From the NCBI GenBank assembly GCA_964016885.1, contig OZ024744.1, positions 132,742,001 to 132,806,000 of the forward strand: a stretch of 64,000 nt of DNA, read 5' to 3'. The notes beneath the pieces were generated by a model. It made no database searches, was not told where the DNA came from, and saw nothing but the letters and a program-made list of their open reading frames with translations. The DNA comes from Eledone cirrhosa. Its lineage: Eukaryota. The stretch's first letter is position 1, and each line of letters opens with the position of its first letter. This document shows, one piece after another, positions 22,555 to 36,400 of this stretch. A program made the position numbers and the translations under genes.

Positions 22555-25500
22555 AGTCGGAGTTAAGTTAAGTTGGGGTTAAGTTAAGTTAGGCTTAACT
22601 TAAGTTGGGGTTAAGTTAAGTTGGGGGTAAGTTAAGTTGGGGGTAAGTTAAGTTGGGGTTAAGTTAAGTTGGGGTTAAGATAAGTGGTGGTTATGTTAAG
22701 TTGAGGTTAAGTTAAGTTGGGGTTAAATTAAGTTGGGGTTAAGTTAAGTTGGGTGTAAGTTAAGTTGGGGTTGAGTGAAGTTGGGGTTAAGTTAAGCTGG
22801 GGTTAAGTAGAGTTGGGGTTAAGTTAAGTTGGGGTTAAGTTAAGTTGGTGTTAAGTTGGGGTTAAGTTAAGTTGGGGTTAAGTTAAGTTGGGGTTAAGTT
22901 AAGTTGGGGTTAAGTTGGGGTTAAGTTAAGTGGTGGTTATGTTAAGTTGGGGTTAACTTAAGTTGGGGTTAATTTAAATTGGGGTTAAATTAAGTTGGGG
23001 TTAATTTAAGTTGGGGTTAAGATAAGTTGGGGTTATGTTAAGTTGGGTTTAAGTTAAGTTAGGGTTAAGTTAAGTTGGGGTTGACTTAAGTTGGGGTTAA
23101 GTTAAGTTGGGGTTATGTTAAGTTGGGTTTAAGTTAAGTTGGGGTTAAGTTAAGTTGGGGTTAAGTTAAGTTGCGGTTAAGTTAAGTTGGGGTTAAGTTA
23201 AGTTGGGGTTCAGTTAAGTTGGGGTTAAGTTAAGTTGGGGTTAAGTTAAGTTGGGGTTAATTTAAGTTGGGGTTAAATTAAGTTGGGGTTAATTTAAGTT
23301 GGGGTTAAGATAAGTTGGGGTTAAGTTAAGTTGGGGTTAAATTAAGTTGGGGTTAAGTTAAGTTGGGGTTAATTTAAGTTGGGGTTAAGTTAAGTTGGGG
23401 TTAAGTTAAGTTGGGGGTAAGTTAAGTTGGGGGTAAGTTAAGTTGGGTGTAAGTTAAGATGGGGTTAAGTTAAGTTGGGGTTAAGTTATTTTGGGGTTAA
23501 GTTAAGTTGGGGGAAAGTTAAGTTGGTGGTAAGTTAAGTTGGGGGTAAGTTAAGTTGGGGTTAAGTTAAGTTGGGTTAAGTTGGGGTTAAGTTAAGTTAG
23601 GGTTAAGTTAAGTTGGGGTTGAGTTAAGTTGGGGTTAAGTTAAGAGGTGGTTATGTTCAGTTGGGGTTAAGTTAAGTTGCGGTTAAGTTAAGTTGGGGTT
23701 AAGTTAAGTTGGGGTTAAGATAAGTTGGGGTTAAGTTAAGTTGGGGTTGAGTTAAGTTGGGGTTGAGTTAATTTGGGGTTAAGTTAAGTTGGGGTCAACT
23801 TAATTTGGGTTTAAGTTAAGTTGGGGTTAAGTTAAGTTGGGGTTAAATTAAGTTGGGGTTAAGTTAAGTTGGGTGTACGTTAAGTTGGGGTTGACTGAAG
23901 TTGGGGTTAAGTTAAGTTGGGGTTAAGTAGAGTTGGGGTTAATTTAAGTTGGGGTTAAGTTAAGTTGGTGTTAAGTTGGGGTTAAGTTAAGTCGGGGTTA
24001 AGTTGGGGTTAAGTTAAATGGTGGTTATGTTAAGTTGGGGTTAAGTTAAGTTGGGGTTAATTTAAATTGGCGTTAAGTTAACTTTGTGGTTAAGTTAAGT
24101 TGGAGTTAAGTTAAGTTGGGGTTAAGTTAAGTTGGGGTTGAGTGAAGTTGGGGTTAAGTTAAGTTGGGGTTCAGTTAAGTTGGGGTTAAGTTAAGTTGGG
24201 GTTGAGTTAAGTTGGGGTTAATTTAAGTTGAGGTTATTTTAAGTTGGGGTTAAGTTAAGTTGGGGTTAAGTTAAGTTGGGGTTAATTTAAGTTGGGGTTA
24301 TTTAAGTTGGGGTTAAGTTAAGTTGGGGTTAAGTTAAGTTGGGTTTAAGTTAAGTTGGGGTTAAATTAAGTTGGGGTTAAATTAAAGTGGGGTTAAGTTA
24401 AGTTGGGGGTAAGTTAAGTTGGGGGCAAGTTAAGTTGGTGTTAAGTTAAGTTGGGGTTAAGTTAAGTTGGGGTTAAGTTAAGTTGTGTTTAAGTTAAGTT
24501 GGGACTAAGTTAAGTTAGGGCTAAGTTAAGTTGGGGTAAAGTTAAGTTGGGGCTAAGTTAAGTTGGGTATAAGTTGAGTTGGGGTTAAGTTAAGTTGGGG
24601 TTAAGTTAAGTTGGGGTTAATTTAAGTTGGGGATGTGTTAAGTTGGGGTTAAGTTAAGTTGGGGTTATATTAAGTTGGGGTTAAGTTAAGTTGGGGATAA
24701 GTTAAGTTGGGGTTAAGTTAAGTTGGGGTTAAGTTAAGTTGGGGGTAACTTAAGTTGGGGTTAATTTAAGTTGGGGTTAAGATAAGTTGGGGTTAAGTTA
24801 AGTGGTGGTTATGTTAAGTTGGGGTTAAGTTAAGTTGGGGTTAATTTAAATTGGGGTTAAGTTAACTTTGTGGTTAAGTTAAGTTGGAGTTAAGTTAAGT
24901 TAGAGTTAAGTTAAGTTGGGGTTGAGTGAAGTTGGGGTTAAGTTAAGTTGGGGTTAAGTTAAGTTGGGGTTAAGTTAAGTTGGGGTTAACTTAAGTTGGG
25001 TTTGAGTTAAGTTGCGGTTAAGTTAAGTTGGGGTTAAGTTAAGTTGGGGTTAAGTTAAGTCGGGGTTAAGTTAAGTTGGGGTTGAGTTAAGTTGGGGTTA
25101 ATTTAACGTGAGGTTATTTTAAGTTGGGGTTAAGTTAAGTTGGGGTTAAGTTAAGTTGGGGTTAAGTTAAGTTGGGGTTAATTTAAGTTGGGGCTAAGTT
25201 AAGTTGGGTATAAGTTGAGTTGGGGTTAAGTTAAGTTGGGGTTAAGTTAAGTTGGGGTTAAATTAAGTTGGGGTTAATTAAGTTGGGGTTAAGTTAAGTG
25301 GGGGTTAAGTTAAGTTGGGGTTAATTTAAGTTGGGGTTGTGTTAAGTTGGGGTTAAGTTAAGTTGGGGTTATATTAAGTTGGGGTTAAGTTAAGTTGGGG
25401 ATAAGTTAAGTTGGGGTTAAGTTAAGTTGGGGTTAAGTTAAGTTGGGGGTAACTTAAGTTGGGGTTAATTTAAGTTGGGGTTAAGATAAGTTGGGGTTAA

Positions 25501-27675
25501 GTTAAGTGGTGGTTATGTTAAGTTGGGGTTAAGTTAAGTTGGGGTTAAGTTAAGTTGGGGTTAAGTTAAGTTGGGGTTAATTTAAGTTGGGGTTAAGTTA
25601 AGTTGGGGTTAAGTTAAGTTGAGGGTAAGTTAAGTTGGGGGTAAGTTAAGTTGGGTGTAAGTTAAGATGGGGTTAAGTTAAGTTGGGGTTCAGTTAATTT
25701 AGGGTTAAGTTAAGTTGGGGGTAAGTTAAGTTGGGGTTAAGTTAAGTTGGGTTAAGTAGGGGTTAAGTTAAGTTAGGGTTAAGTTAAGTTGGGGTTGAGT
25801 TAAGTGGTGGTTATGTTAAGTTGGGGTTAAGTTAAGTTGGGGTTAAGTTAAGTTGGGGTTAACTTAAGTTGGGTTTAAGTTAAGTTGGGGTTAACTTAAG
25901 TTGGGGTTAAATTAAGTTGGGGTTAAGTTAAGTTGGGTGTACGTTAAGTTGGGGTTGACTGAAGTTGGGGTTAAGTTAAGTTGGGGTTAAGTTAAGTTAG
26001 GGTTAATTTAAGTTGGGGTTATGTTAAGTTGGGGTTAAGTTAAGTTGGGGTTAAGTAGAGTTGGGGTTAATTTAAGTTGGGGTTAAGTTAAGTTGGTGTT
26101 AAGTTGGGGTTAAATTAAGTTGGGGTTAAGTTAAGTTGGGGTTAGGTTAAGTTGGGGATAAGTTAAGTTGGGGATAAGTTAAGTTGGGGTTAAGTTAAGT
26201 TGGGTTTAAGTTAAGTTGGGGTTAAGTTAAGTCGGGGTTTAATTAAGTTGGTGTTGAGTTAAGTTGGGGTTGAGTTAAGTTGGGCTTAAGTTAAGTTGGG
26301 GTTAAGTTAAGATGGGGTTAATTTAAGTTGGGGTTAAGTTAAGTTGGGGTTACATTAAGTTGGGGTTAAGTTAAGTTGGGGGTAAGGTAAGTTGGTGGTA
26401 AGTTAAGTTGGCGGTAAGTTAAGATGGGGTTAAGTTAAGTTGGGGTTAAGTTAAGTTAGGGTTAAGTTAAGTTGGGGTTGACTTAAGTTGGGGTTAAGTT
26501 AAGTTGGGGTTATGTTAAGTTGGGTTTAAGTTAAGTTGGGGTTAAGTTAAGTTGGGGTTAAGTTAAGTTGCGGTTAAGTTAAGTTGGGGTTAAGTTAAGT
26601 TGGGGTTAAGTTAAGTTGGGGTTAAGTTAAGTTGGGGTTAAGTTAAGTTGGGGTTAATTTAAGTTGGGGTTAAATTAAGTTGGGGTTAATTTAAGTTTGG
26701 GTTAAGATAAGTTGGGGTTAAGTTAAGTTGGGGTTAAATTAAGTTGGGGTTAAGTTAAGTTGGGGTTAATTTAAGTTGGGGTTTAGTTAAGTTGGGGTTA
26801 AGTTAAGTTTGGGGTAAGTTAAGATGGGGTTAAGTTAAGTTGGGGTTAAGTTATTTTGGGGTGAAGTTAAGTTGGGGGGAAGTTAAGTTGGTGGTAAGTT
26901 AAGTTGGGGGTAAGTTAAGTTGGGGTTAAGTTAAGTTGGGTTAAGTTGGGGTTAAGTTAAGTTAGGGTTAAGTTAAGTTGGGGTTGAGTTAAGTTGGGGT
27001 TAAGTTAAGAGGTGGTTATGTTCAGTTGGGGTTAAGTTAAGTTGGGGTTAAGTTAAGTTGGGGTTAAGTTAAGTTGGGGTTAAGATAAGTTGGGGTTAAG
27101 TTAAGTTGGGGGTAAGTTAAGATGGGGTTAAGTTAAGTTGGGGTTAAGTTATTTTGGGGTGAAGTTAAGTTGGGGGTAAGTTAAGTTGGTGGTAAGTTAA
27201 GTTGGGGGTAAGTTAAGTTGGGGTTAAGTTAAGTTGGGTTAAGTTGGGGTTAAGTTAAGTTAGGGTTAAGTTAAGTTGGGGTTGAGTTAAGTTGGGGTTA
27301 AGTTAAGAGGTGGTTATGTTCAGTTGGGGTTAAGTTAAGTTGGGGTTAAGTTAAGTTGGGGTTAAGTTAAGTTGGGGTTAAGATAAGTTGGGGTTGAGTT
27401 AATTTGGGGTTAAGTTAAGTTGGGGTTAACTTAATTTGGGTTTAAGTTAAGTTGGGGTTAAGTTAAGTTGGGGTTAAATTAAGTTGGGGTTAAGTTAAGT
27501 TGGGTGTACGTTAAGTTGGGGTTGACTGAAGTTGGGGTTAAGTTAAGTTGGGGTTAAGTTAAGTTAGGGTTAATTTAAGTTGGGGTTATGTTAAGTTGGG
27601 GTTAAGTTAAGTTGGGGTTAAGTAGAGTTGGGGTTAATTTAAGTTGGGGTTAAGTTAAGTTGGTGTTAAGTTGGG

Positions 27676-28406
27676 TTTTTTTTTATCTGATTTCAAATAT
27701 TGATTTTTTTAGCTTTTTCGACAAAATCTTATATAATCAATTTTTTTTAGGTTTTTCGAAAAAGAATGAATTTGAGTTCATAGTCGAAATATATACTTCT
27801 GCATTAATCTTTTTACGTTTTTTTGATTTTTTTTAAAAAAACGTAAAAAATTAATGCTTTTACAAATCTTTTGAAATATTTACTTTCTAGTTTCAAATTT
27901 TGCAGATTAAATTTTTCTCGAAAAACCTAAAAAATCAGTTGTCGAAATCAGAAGTTAATATTTCGTAAAACGCAATTTGAAAAACTCATATTAATTTTTT
28001 TTCGAAAACTTATTATATAATCAATTTTTTTATACTTTTAGAAATATTTATATCTGATTTCAAATATTGATTTTTTAGGTTTTTCGAAAACCCTATATAA
28101 TCAATTTTTTTGTACTTTTAGAAATATCTATATCTGATTTCATGTATTGATTTTTTTATATTTTTCGAAAAAGCTTAGATAATCAATTTTTTTAGGTCTT
28201 TCGAAAACCTTATATAATCAATTTTTTTTTAGGTTTTTCGAAAAAACCTTATATAATCAATTTTTTTTATGTTTTTTCGAAAAATCTTATATAATCAATT
28301 TTTTTACGTTTTTAGAAATATTTATATCTGATTTCAAATATTGATTTTTTTTAGATTTTTCGAAATACCTTATATAATCAATTTTTTTTAGGTTTTTCAA
28401 ATTACC
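27676..28406. repeat. AT-rich island 3 (~730 bp)
   Basis: Near-identical to island 2 including both junctions. Core marker at 27764. Confidence 0.93.
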
Positions 28407-28602
28407 CCGACTTAACTTAACCCCGACTTAACTTAACCCCAACTTAACTTAACCCCAACTTAACTTAACCCCAACTTAACTTAACCCCAACTTGACTTAA
28501 CCCCAACTTAACTCACACCCAACTTAACTTACCCCCAACTTAACTTAACCCCAACTTGACTTAACCCCAACTTAACTTAACCCCAACTTAACTTAACCCC
28601 AA
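28402..28602 (-). repeat. Inverted satellite tract (island-associated)
   Basis: ttaccccgac ... ccccaaagtcggag. Confidence 0.95.
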
Positions 28603-29247
28603 AGTCGGAGTTAAGTTAAGTTGGGGTTAAGTTAAGTTGGGGGTAAATTAAGTTGGGGGTAAGTTAAGTTGGGGTTAAGTTAAGTTGGGGTTAAGTTGGG
28701 GTTAAGTTAAGTTGGGTATAAGTTAATTTGGGGTTGAGTGAAGTTGGGGTTAAGTTAAGTTGGGGTTAAGTTAAGTTAGGGTTAATTTAAGTTGGGGTTA
28801 AGTTAAGTTGGGGTTAACTTAAGTTGGGGTTAAGTTAAGTTGGGGTTAATTTAGGTTGGGGTTAAGTTAAGTTGGGGTTAAGATAAGTTGGGGTTAAGTT
28901 AAATTGAGATTAAGTTAACTTGGGTTTGAGTTAAGTTGGGGATAAGTTAAGTTGGGGTTAAGTTAAGTTGGGGTTAATTTAAGTTGGGTTTAAGTTAAGT
29001 TGGGGTTGAGTTAAGTTGGGGTTAATTCAAGTTGGGGCTAAGTTAAGTTGGGGCTGAGTTAAGTTGGGGTTAAGTTAATTTGGGGTTAACTTAAGTTGGG
29101 GTTAAGTTAAGTTGGGGTTAATTTAGGTTGGGGTTAAGTTAAGTTGGGGTTAAGCTAAGTTGGAGTTAAGTTAAATTGAGGTTAAGTTAACTTGGGTTTG
29201 ATTTAAGTTGGGGTTAAGTTAAGTTGGGGTTAGGTTAAGTTGGGGTT

Positions 29248-29479
29248 AACCCCAACTTAACTTAACCCCAACTTAACATAACCCCAACTTCACTCAACCC
29301 CAACTTAACTTAACCCCAACTTCACTCAACCCCAACTTAACTCAACCCCAACTTAACTTAACCCCAACTTAACTTAACCCCAACTTAACTTAACCCTAAC
29401 TTAACTTAACCCCGACTTAACGTAACCCCGACTTAACTTAACCCCAACTTAACTTACCCCCAACTTAACTTAACCCCAA
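29248..29479 (-). repeat. Inverted satellite tract, type C
   Basis: As the 17897 tract. Confidence 0.95.
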
Positions 29480-32176
29480 AGTCGGAGTTAAGTTAAGTTG
29501 GGGTTAAGGTAAGTTAGGCTTAACTTAAGTTGGGGTTAAGTTAAGTTGGGGGTAAGTTAAGTTGGGGTTAAGTTAAGTTGGGGTTAAGTTAAGTGGTGGT
29601 TATGTTAAGTTGGGGTTAAGTTAAGTTGGGGTTAAATTAAGTTGGGGTTAAGTTAAGTTGGGTGTAAGTTAAGTTGGGGTTGAGTGAAGTTGGGGTTAAG
29701 TTAAGTTGGGGTTAAGTAGAGTTGGGGTTAAGTTAAGTTGGGGTTAAGTTAAGTTGGTGTTAAGTTGGGGTTAAGTTAAGTTGGGGTTAAGTTAAGTTGG
29801 GGTTGAGTGAAGTTGGGGTTAAGTTAAGTTGGGGTTAAGTTAAGTTGGGGTTAACTGAAGTTGGGTTTAAGTTAAGTTGCGGTTAAGTTAAGTTGGGGTT
29901 AAGTTAAGTTGGGGTTAAGTTAAGTCGGGGTTAAGTTAAGTTGGGGTTGAGTTAAGTTGGGGTTATTTTAAGTTGAGGTTATGTTAAGTTGGGGTTAATT
30001 TAAGTTGGGGTTAAGTTAAGTTGGGGTTAATTTAAGTTGGGGTTAAGTTCAGTTGGGGTTAATTTAAGTTGGGGTTAAGTTAAGTTGGGTTTAAGTTAAG
30101 TTGGGGTTAAGTTAAGTTGGGGTTAAGTTAAGTTGGGTTTAAGTTGAGTTGGGGTTAAGTTAAGTTGGGGTTAAGTTAAGTTGAGGTTAAATTAAGTTGG
30201 GGTTAATTAAGTTGGGGTTAAGTTAAGTTGGGGTTAAGTTAAGTTGAGGTTAAGTTAACTTGGGGTTAAGTTAACTTGGGGTTAAGTTAAGTTGGGGTTG
30301 AGTTAAGTTGGGGTTGAGTTAAGTTGGGGTTAAGTTAAGTTGGGGTTAAGTTAAGTTGGGGTTAAGTTAAGTTGGGGTTAATTTAAGTTCGGGTTAAGTT
30401 AAGTTCGGGGTAAGCTAAGTTGGGGTTAAGTTAAATTGTGTCTAAGTTAAGTGGGGGGTTAAGTTAAGTTGGGGTTGAGTTAAGTTGTGGTTAAGTTAAC
30501 TTGGGGTTAAGTTAAGTTAAGTTTGAGTTAAGTTGGGGTTAAGTTGGGGTTAAGTTAAGTTGGGGTTAAGTTAAGTTGAGGTTAAATTAAGTTGGGGTTA
30601 ATTAAGTTGGGGTTAAGTTAAGTTGGGGTTAAGTTAAGTTGAGGTTAAGTTAACTTGGGGTTAAGTTAAGTTGGGGTTAAGTTAAGTTGGGGTTGAGTTA
30701 AGTTGGGGTTGAGTTAAGTTGGGGTTAAGTTAAGTTGGGGTTAAGTTAAGTTGGGGTTAAGTTAAGTTGGGTTTAAGTTGAGTTGGGGTTAAGTTAAGTT
30801 GGGGTTAAGTTAAGTTGAGGTTAAATTAAGTTGGGGTTAATTAAGTTGGGGTTAAGTTAAGTTGGGGTTAAGTTAAGTTGAGGTTAAGTTAACGTGGGGT
30901 TAAGTTAAGTTGGGGTTAAGTTAAGTTGGGGTTGAGTTAAGTTGGGGTTGAGTTAAGTTGGGGTTAAGTTAAGTTGGGGTTAAGTTAAGTTGGGGTTAAG
31001 TTAAGTTGGGGTTAATTTAAGTTCGGGTTAAGTTAAGTTCGGGGTAAGCTAAGTTGGGGTTAAGTTAAATTGGGTCTAAGTTAAGTGGGGGGTTAAGTTA
31101 AGTTGGGGTTGAGTTAAGTTGTGGTTAAGTTAACTTGGGGTTAAGTTAAGTTAAGTTTGAGTTAAGTTGGGGTTAAGTTGGGGTTAAGTTAAGTTGGGGT
31201 TAAGTTAAGTTGGGGTTAAGTTGAGGTTAAGTTAAGTTGTGGTTAAGTTAAGTTGGGGCTAAGTTAAGTTCGGGTTAAGTTAAGTTCGGGGTAAGCTAAG
31301 TTGGGGTTAAGTTAAATTGGGTCTAAGTTAAGTGGGGGGTTAAGTTAAGTTGGGGTTGAGTTAAGTTGTGGTTAAGTTAACTTGGGGTTAAGTTAAGTTA
31401 AGTTTGAGTTAAGTTGGGGTTAAGTTGGGGTTAAGTTAAGTTGGGGTTAAGTTAAGTTGGGGTTAAGTTGAGGTTAAGTTAAGTTGTGGTTAAGTTAAGT
31501 TGGGGCTAAGTTAAGTTGGGGCTAAGTTAAGTTGGGGTTAAGTTAAGTTGGGGTTAATTTAAGTTGGGGTTAGGTTAAGTTGGGGATAAGTTAAGTTGGG
31601 GATAAGTTAAGTTGGGGTTAAGTTAAGTTGGGTTTAAGTTAAGCTGGGGTTAAGTTAAGTTGGGGTTAAATTAAGTTGGGGTTAAGTTAAGTTTGGGTTA
31701 GGTTAAGTTGGGGATAAGTTAAGTTGGGGATAAGTTAAGTCGGGGTTAAGTTAAGTTGCGGTTAGTTAAGTTGAGTTTAAGTTAAGTTGGGGTTAATTTA
31801 AGTTGGGGTTAAGTTAAGTTGGGGTTAAGTTAAGTTGGGGTTAAGTTAAGTTGCGGTTAGTTAAGTTGAGTTTAAGTTAAGTTGGGGTTAATTTAAGTTG
31901 GGGTTAAGTTAAGTTGGGGTTCAGTTAAGTTGGGGTTAAGTCAAGTTGGGGTTAAGTTAAGTTGGGGTTAAGTTAAGTTGGGGTTAGGTTAAGTTGGGGA
32001 TAATTTAAGTTGGGGATAAGCTAAGTTGGGGTTAAGTTAAGTTGGGTTTAAGTTAAGTTGGGGTTAAGTTAAGTTGGGGTTAAATTAAGTTGGGGTTAAG
32101 TTAAGCTGGGGTTAAATTAAGTTGGGGTTATGTTAAGTTGGGGTTAAGTTAAGTTGGGGTTAGTTTAAGTGGGGTT

Positions 32177-32505
32177 AACCCCAACTTAACTTAACCCCAA
32201 CTTCACTCAACCCCAACTTAAATTAACCCCAACTTCACTCAACCCCAACTTAACTCAACCCCAACTTAAATTAACCCCAACTTAACTTAACCCTGACTTA
32301 ACTTAACCCCGACTTAACTTAACCCCGACTTAACTTAACCCCAACTTAACTTAAACCCCAACTTAACTTAACCCCAACTTAACTTAACCCCAACTTGACT
32401 TAACCCCAACTTAACTCACACCCAACTTAACTTACCCCCAACTTAACTTAACCACAACTTGACGTAAACCCAACTTAACTTAACCCCAACTTAACTTAAC
32501 CCCAA
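32177..32505 (-). repeat. Inverted satellite tract, type A (one monomer shorter)
   Basis: Type A flanks with the gacgtaaaccc variant. Confidence 0.94.
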
Positions 32506-33148
32506 AGTCGGAGTTCAGTTAAGTTGGGGTTCAGTTAAGTTAGGCTTAACTTAAGTTGGGGTTAAGTTAAGTTGGGGGTAAGTTAAGTTGGGGGTAAGTT
32601 AAGTTGGGGTTAAGTTAAGTTGGGGTTAAGTTGGGGTTAAGTTAAGTTAGGGTTAAGTTAAGGTGGGGTTGAGTTAAGTTGGGGTTAAGTTAAGTGGTGG
32701 TTATGTTAAGTTGGGGTTAAGTTAAGTTGGGGTTAAATTAAGTGGGGTTAACTTAAGTTGGGTGTAAGTTAAGTTGGGGTTGAGTGAAGTTGGGGTTAAG
32801 TTAAGTTGGGGTTAAGTTAAGTTAGGGTTAATTTAAGTTGGGGTTATGTTAAGTTGGTGTTAAGTTAAGTTGGGGTTAAGTCGAGTTGGGGTTAAGTTAA
32901 GTTGGGGTTAAGTTAAATTGGTGTTAAGTTAAGTTGGGGTTAAGTTAAGTTGGGGTTAGTTAAGTTGAGTTTAAGTTAAGTTGGGGTTAATTTAAGTTGG
33001 GGTTAAGTTAAGTTGGGGTTCAGTTAAGTTGGGGTTAAGTTAAGTTGTGGTTAAGTTAAGTTGGGGTTAGGTTAAGTTGGGGTTAAGTTAAGCTGGGGTT
33101 AAATTAAGTTGGGGTTAAGTTAAGTTGGGGTTAGGTTAAGTTGGGGTT

Positions 33149-33445
33149 AACCCCAACTTAACTTAACCCCAACTTAACTTAACCCCAACTTCACTCAACC
33201 CCAACTTAACTTAACCCCAACTTCACTCAACCCCAACTTAACTCAACCCCAACTTAACTTAACCCCAACTTAATTTAACCCTAACTTAACTTAACCCCGA
33301 CTTAAACTTAACCCCGACTTAACTTAACCCCAACTTAACTTAACCCCAACTTAACTTAACCCCAACTTAACTTAATCCCAACTTGACTTAACCCCAACTT
33401 AACTCACACCCAACTTAACTTACCCCCAACTTAACTTAACCCCAA
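33149..33445 (-). repeat. Inverted satellite tract, type B
   Basis: Type B flanks and gacttaaacttaa. Confidence 0.94.
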
Positions 33446-36400
33446 AGTCGGAGTTAAGTTAAGTTGGGGTTAAGTTAAGTTAGGCTTAACTTAAGTTGGG
33501 GTTAAGTTAAGTTGGGGGTAAGTTAAGTTGGGGGTAAGTTAAGTTGGGGTTAAGTTAAGTTGGGGTTAAGATAAGTGGTGGTTATGTTAAGTTGAGGTTA
33601 AGTTAAGTTGGGGTTAAATTAAGTTGGGGTTAAGTTAAGTTGGGTGTAAGTTAAGTTGGGGTTGAGTGAAGTTGGGGTTAAATTAAGTTGGGGTTAAGTA
33701 GAGTTGGGGTTAAGTTAAGTTGGGGTTAAGTTAAGTTGGTGTTAAGTTGGGGTTAAGTTAAGTTGGGGTTAAGTTAAGTTGGGGTTAAGATAAGTTGGGG
33801 TTAAGTTAAGTTGGGGGTAAGTTAAGATGGGGTTAAGTTAAGTTGGGGTTAAGTTATTTTGGGGTGAAGTTAAGTTGGGGGTAAGTTAAGTTGGTGGTAA
33901 GTTAAGTTGGGGGTAAGTTAAGTTGGGGTTAAGTTAAGTTGGGTTAAGTTGGGGTTAAGTTAAGTTAGGGTTAAGTTAAGTTGGGGTTGAGTTAAGTTGG
34001 GGTTAAGTTAAGAGGTGGTTAAGTAGAGTTGGTGTTAATTTAAGTTGGGGTTAAGTTAAGTTGGGTTAAGTTGGGGTTAAGTTAAGTTAGGGTTAAGTTA
34101 AGTTGGGGTTGAGTTAAGTTGGGGTTAAGTTAAGAGGGGGTTATGTTCAGTTGGGGTTAAGTTAAGTTGGGGTTAAGTTAAGTTGGGGTTAAGTTAAGTT
34201 GGGGTTAAGATAATTTGGGGTTAAGTTAAGTTGGGGTTGAGTTAAGTTGGGGTTGAGTTAATTTGGGGTTAAGTTAAGTTGGGGTTAACTTAATTTGGGT
34301 TTAAGTTAAGTTGGGGTTAAGTTAAGTTGGGGTTAAATTAAGTTGGGGTTAAGTTAAGTTGGGTGTACGTTAAGTTGGGGTTGACTGAAGTTGGGGTTAA
34401 GTTAAGTTGGGGTTAAGTTAAGTTAGGGTTAATTTAAGTTGGGGTTATGTTAAGTTGGGGTTAAGTTAAGTTGGGGTTAAGTAGAGTTGGGGTTAATTTA
34501 AGTTGGGGTTAAGTTAAGTTGGTGTTAAGTTGGGGTTAATTTAAGTGGTGGTTATGTTAAGTTGGGGTTAAGTTAAGTTGGGGTTAATTTAAATTGGGGT
34601 TAAGTTAACTTTGTGGTTAAGTTAAGTTGGAGTTAAGTTAAGTTAGAGTTAAGTTAAGTTGGGGTTGAGTGAAGTTGGGGTTAAGTTAAGTTGGGGTTAA
34701 GTTAAGTTGGGGTTAACTTAAGTTGGGTTTGAGTTAAGTTGCGGTTAAGTTAAGTTGGGGTTAAGTTAAGTTGGGGTTAAGTTAAGTCGGGGTTAATTTA
34801 ACGTGAGGTTATTTTAAGTTGGGGTTAAGTTAAGTTGGGGTTAAGTTAAGTTGGGGTTAAGTTAAGTTGGGGTTAATTTAAGTTGGGGCTAAGTTAAGTT
34901 GGGTATAAGTTGAGTTGGGGTTAAGTTAAGTTGGGGTTAAGTTAAGTTGGGGTTAAATTAAGTTGGGGTTAATTAAGTTGGGGTTAAGTTAAGTGGGGGT
35001 TAAGTTAAGTTGGGGTTAATTTAAGTTGGGGTTGTGTTAAGTTGGGGTTAAGTTAAGTTGGGGTTATATTAAGTTGGGGTTAAGTTAAGTTGGGGATAAG
35101 TTAAGTTGGGGTTAAGTTAAGTTGGGGTTAAGTTAAGTTGGGGGTAACTTAAGTTGGGGTTAATTTAAGTTGGGGTTAAGTTAAGTTGGGGTTAAGTCAA
35201 GTTGAGGGTAAGTTAAGTTGGGGGTAAGTTAAGTTGGGTGTAAGTTAAGATGGGGTTAAGTTAAGTTGGGGTTCAGTTAAGTGGTGGTTATGTTAAGTTG
35301 GGGTTAAGTTAAGTTGGGGTTAAGTTAAGTTGGGGTTAAGTTAAGTTGGGGTTAATTTAAGTTGGGGTTAAGTTAAGTTGGGGTTAAGTTAAGTTGAGGG
35401 TAAGTTAAGTTGGGGGTAAGTTAAGTTGGGTGTAAGTTAAGATGGGGTTAAGTTAAGTTGGGGTTCAGTTAATTTAGGGTTAAGTTAAGTTGGGGGTAAG
35501 TTAAGTTGGGGTTAAGTTAAGTTGGGTTAAGTAGGGGTTAAGTTAAGTTAGGGTTAAGTTAAGTTGGGGTTGAGTTAAGTGGTGGTTATGTTAAGTTGGG
35601 GTTAAGTTAAGTTGGGGTTAAGTTAAGTTGGGGTTAACTTAAGTTGGGTTTAAGTTAAGTTGGGGTTAAGTTAAGTTGGGGTTAAATTAAGTTGGGGTTA
35701 AGTTAAGTTGGGTGTACGTTAAGTTGGGGTTGACTGAAGTTGGGGTTAAGTTAAGTTGGGGTTAAGTTAAGTTAGGGTTAATTTAAGTTGGGGTTATGTT
35801 AAGTTGGGGTTAAGTTAAGTTGGGGTTAAGTAGAGTTGGGGTTAATTTAAGTTGGGGTTAAGTTAAGTTGGTGTTAAGTTGGGGTTAAATTAAGTTGGGG
35901 TTAAGTTAAGTTGGGGTTAAGTTAAGTTGGGGTTAGGTTAAGTTGGGGATAAGTTAAGTTGGGGATAAGTTAAGTTGGGGTTAAGTTAAGTTGGGTTTAA
36001 GTTAAGTTGGGGTTAAGTTAAGTCGGGGTTTAATTAAGTTGGTGTTGAGTTAAGTTGGGGTTGAGTTAAGTTGGGCTTAAGTTAAGTTGGGGTTAAGTTA
36101 AGATGGGGTTAATTTAAGTTGGGGTTAAGTTAAGTTGGGGTTACATTAAGTTGGGGTTAAGTTAAGTTGGGGGTAAGGTAAGTTGGTGGTAAGTTAAGTT
36201 GGCGGTAAGTTAAGATGGGGTTAAGTTAAGTTGGGGTTAAGTTAAGTTAGGGTTAAGTTAAGTTGGGGTTGACTTAAGTTGGGGTTAAGTTAAGTTGGGG
36301 TTATGTTAAGTTGGGTTTAAGTTAAGTTGGGGTTAAGTTAAGTTGGGGTTAAGTTAAGTTGCGGTTAAGTTAAGTTGGGGTTAAGTTAAGTTGGGGTTAA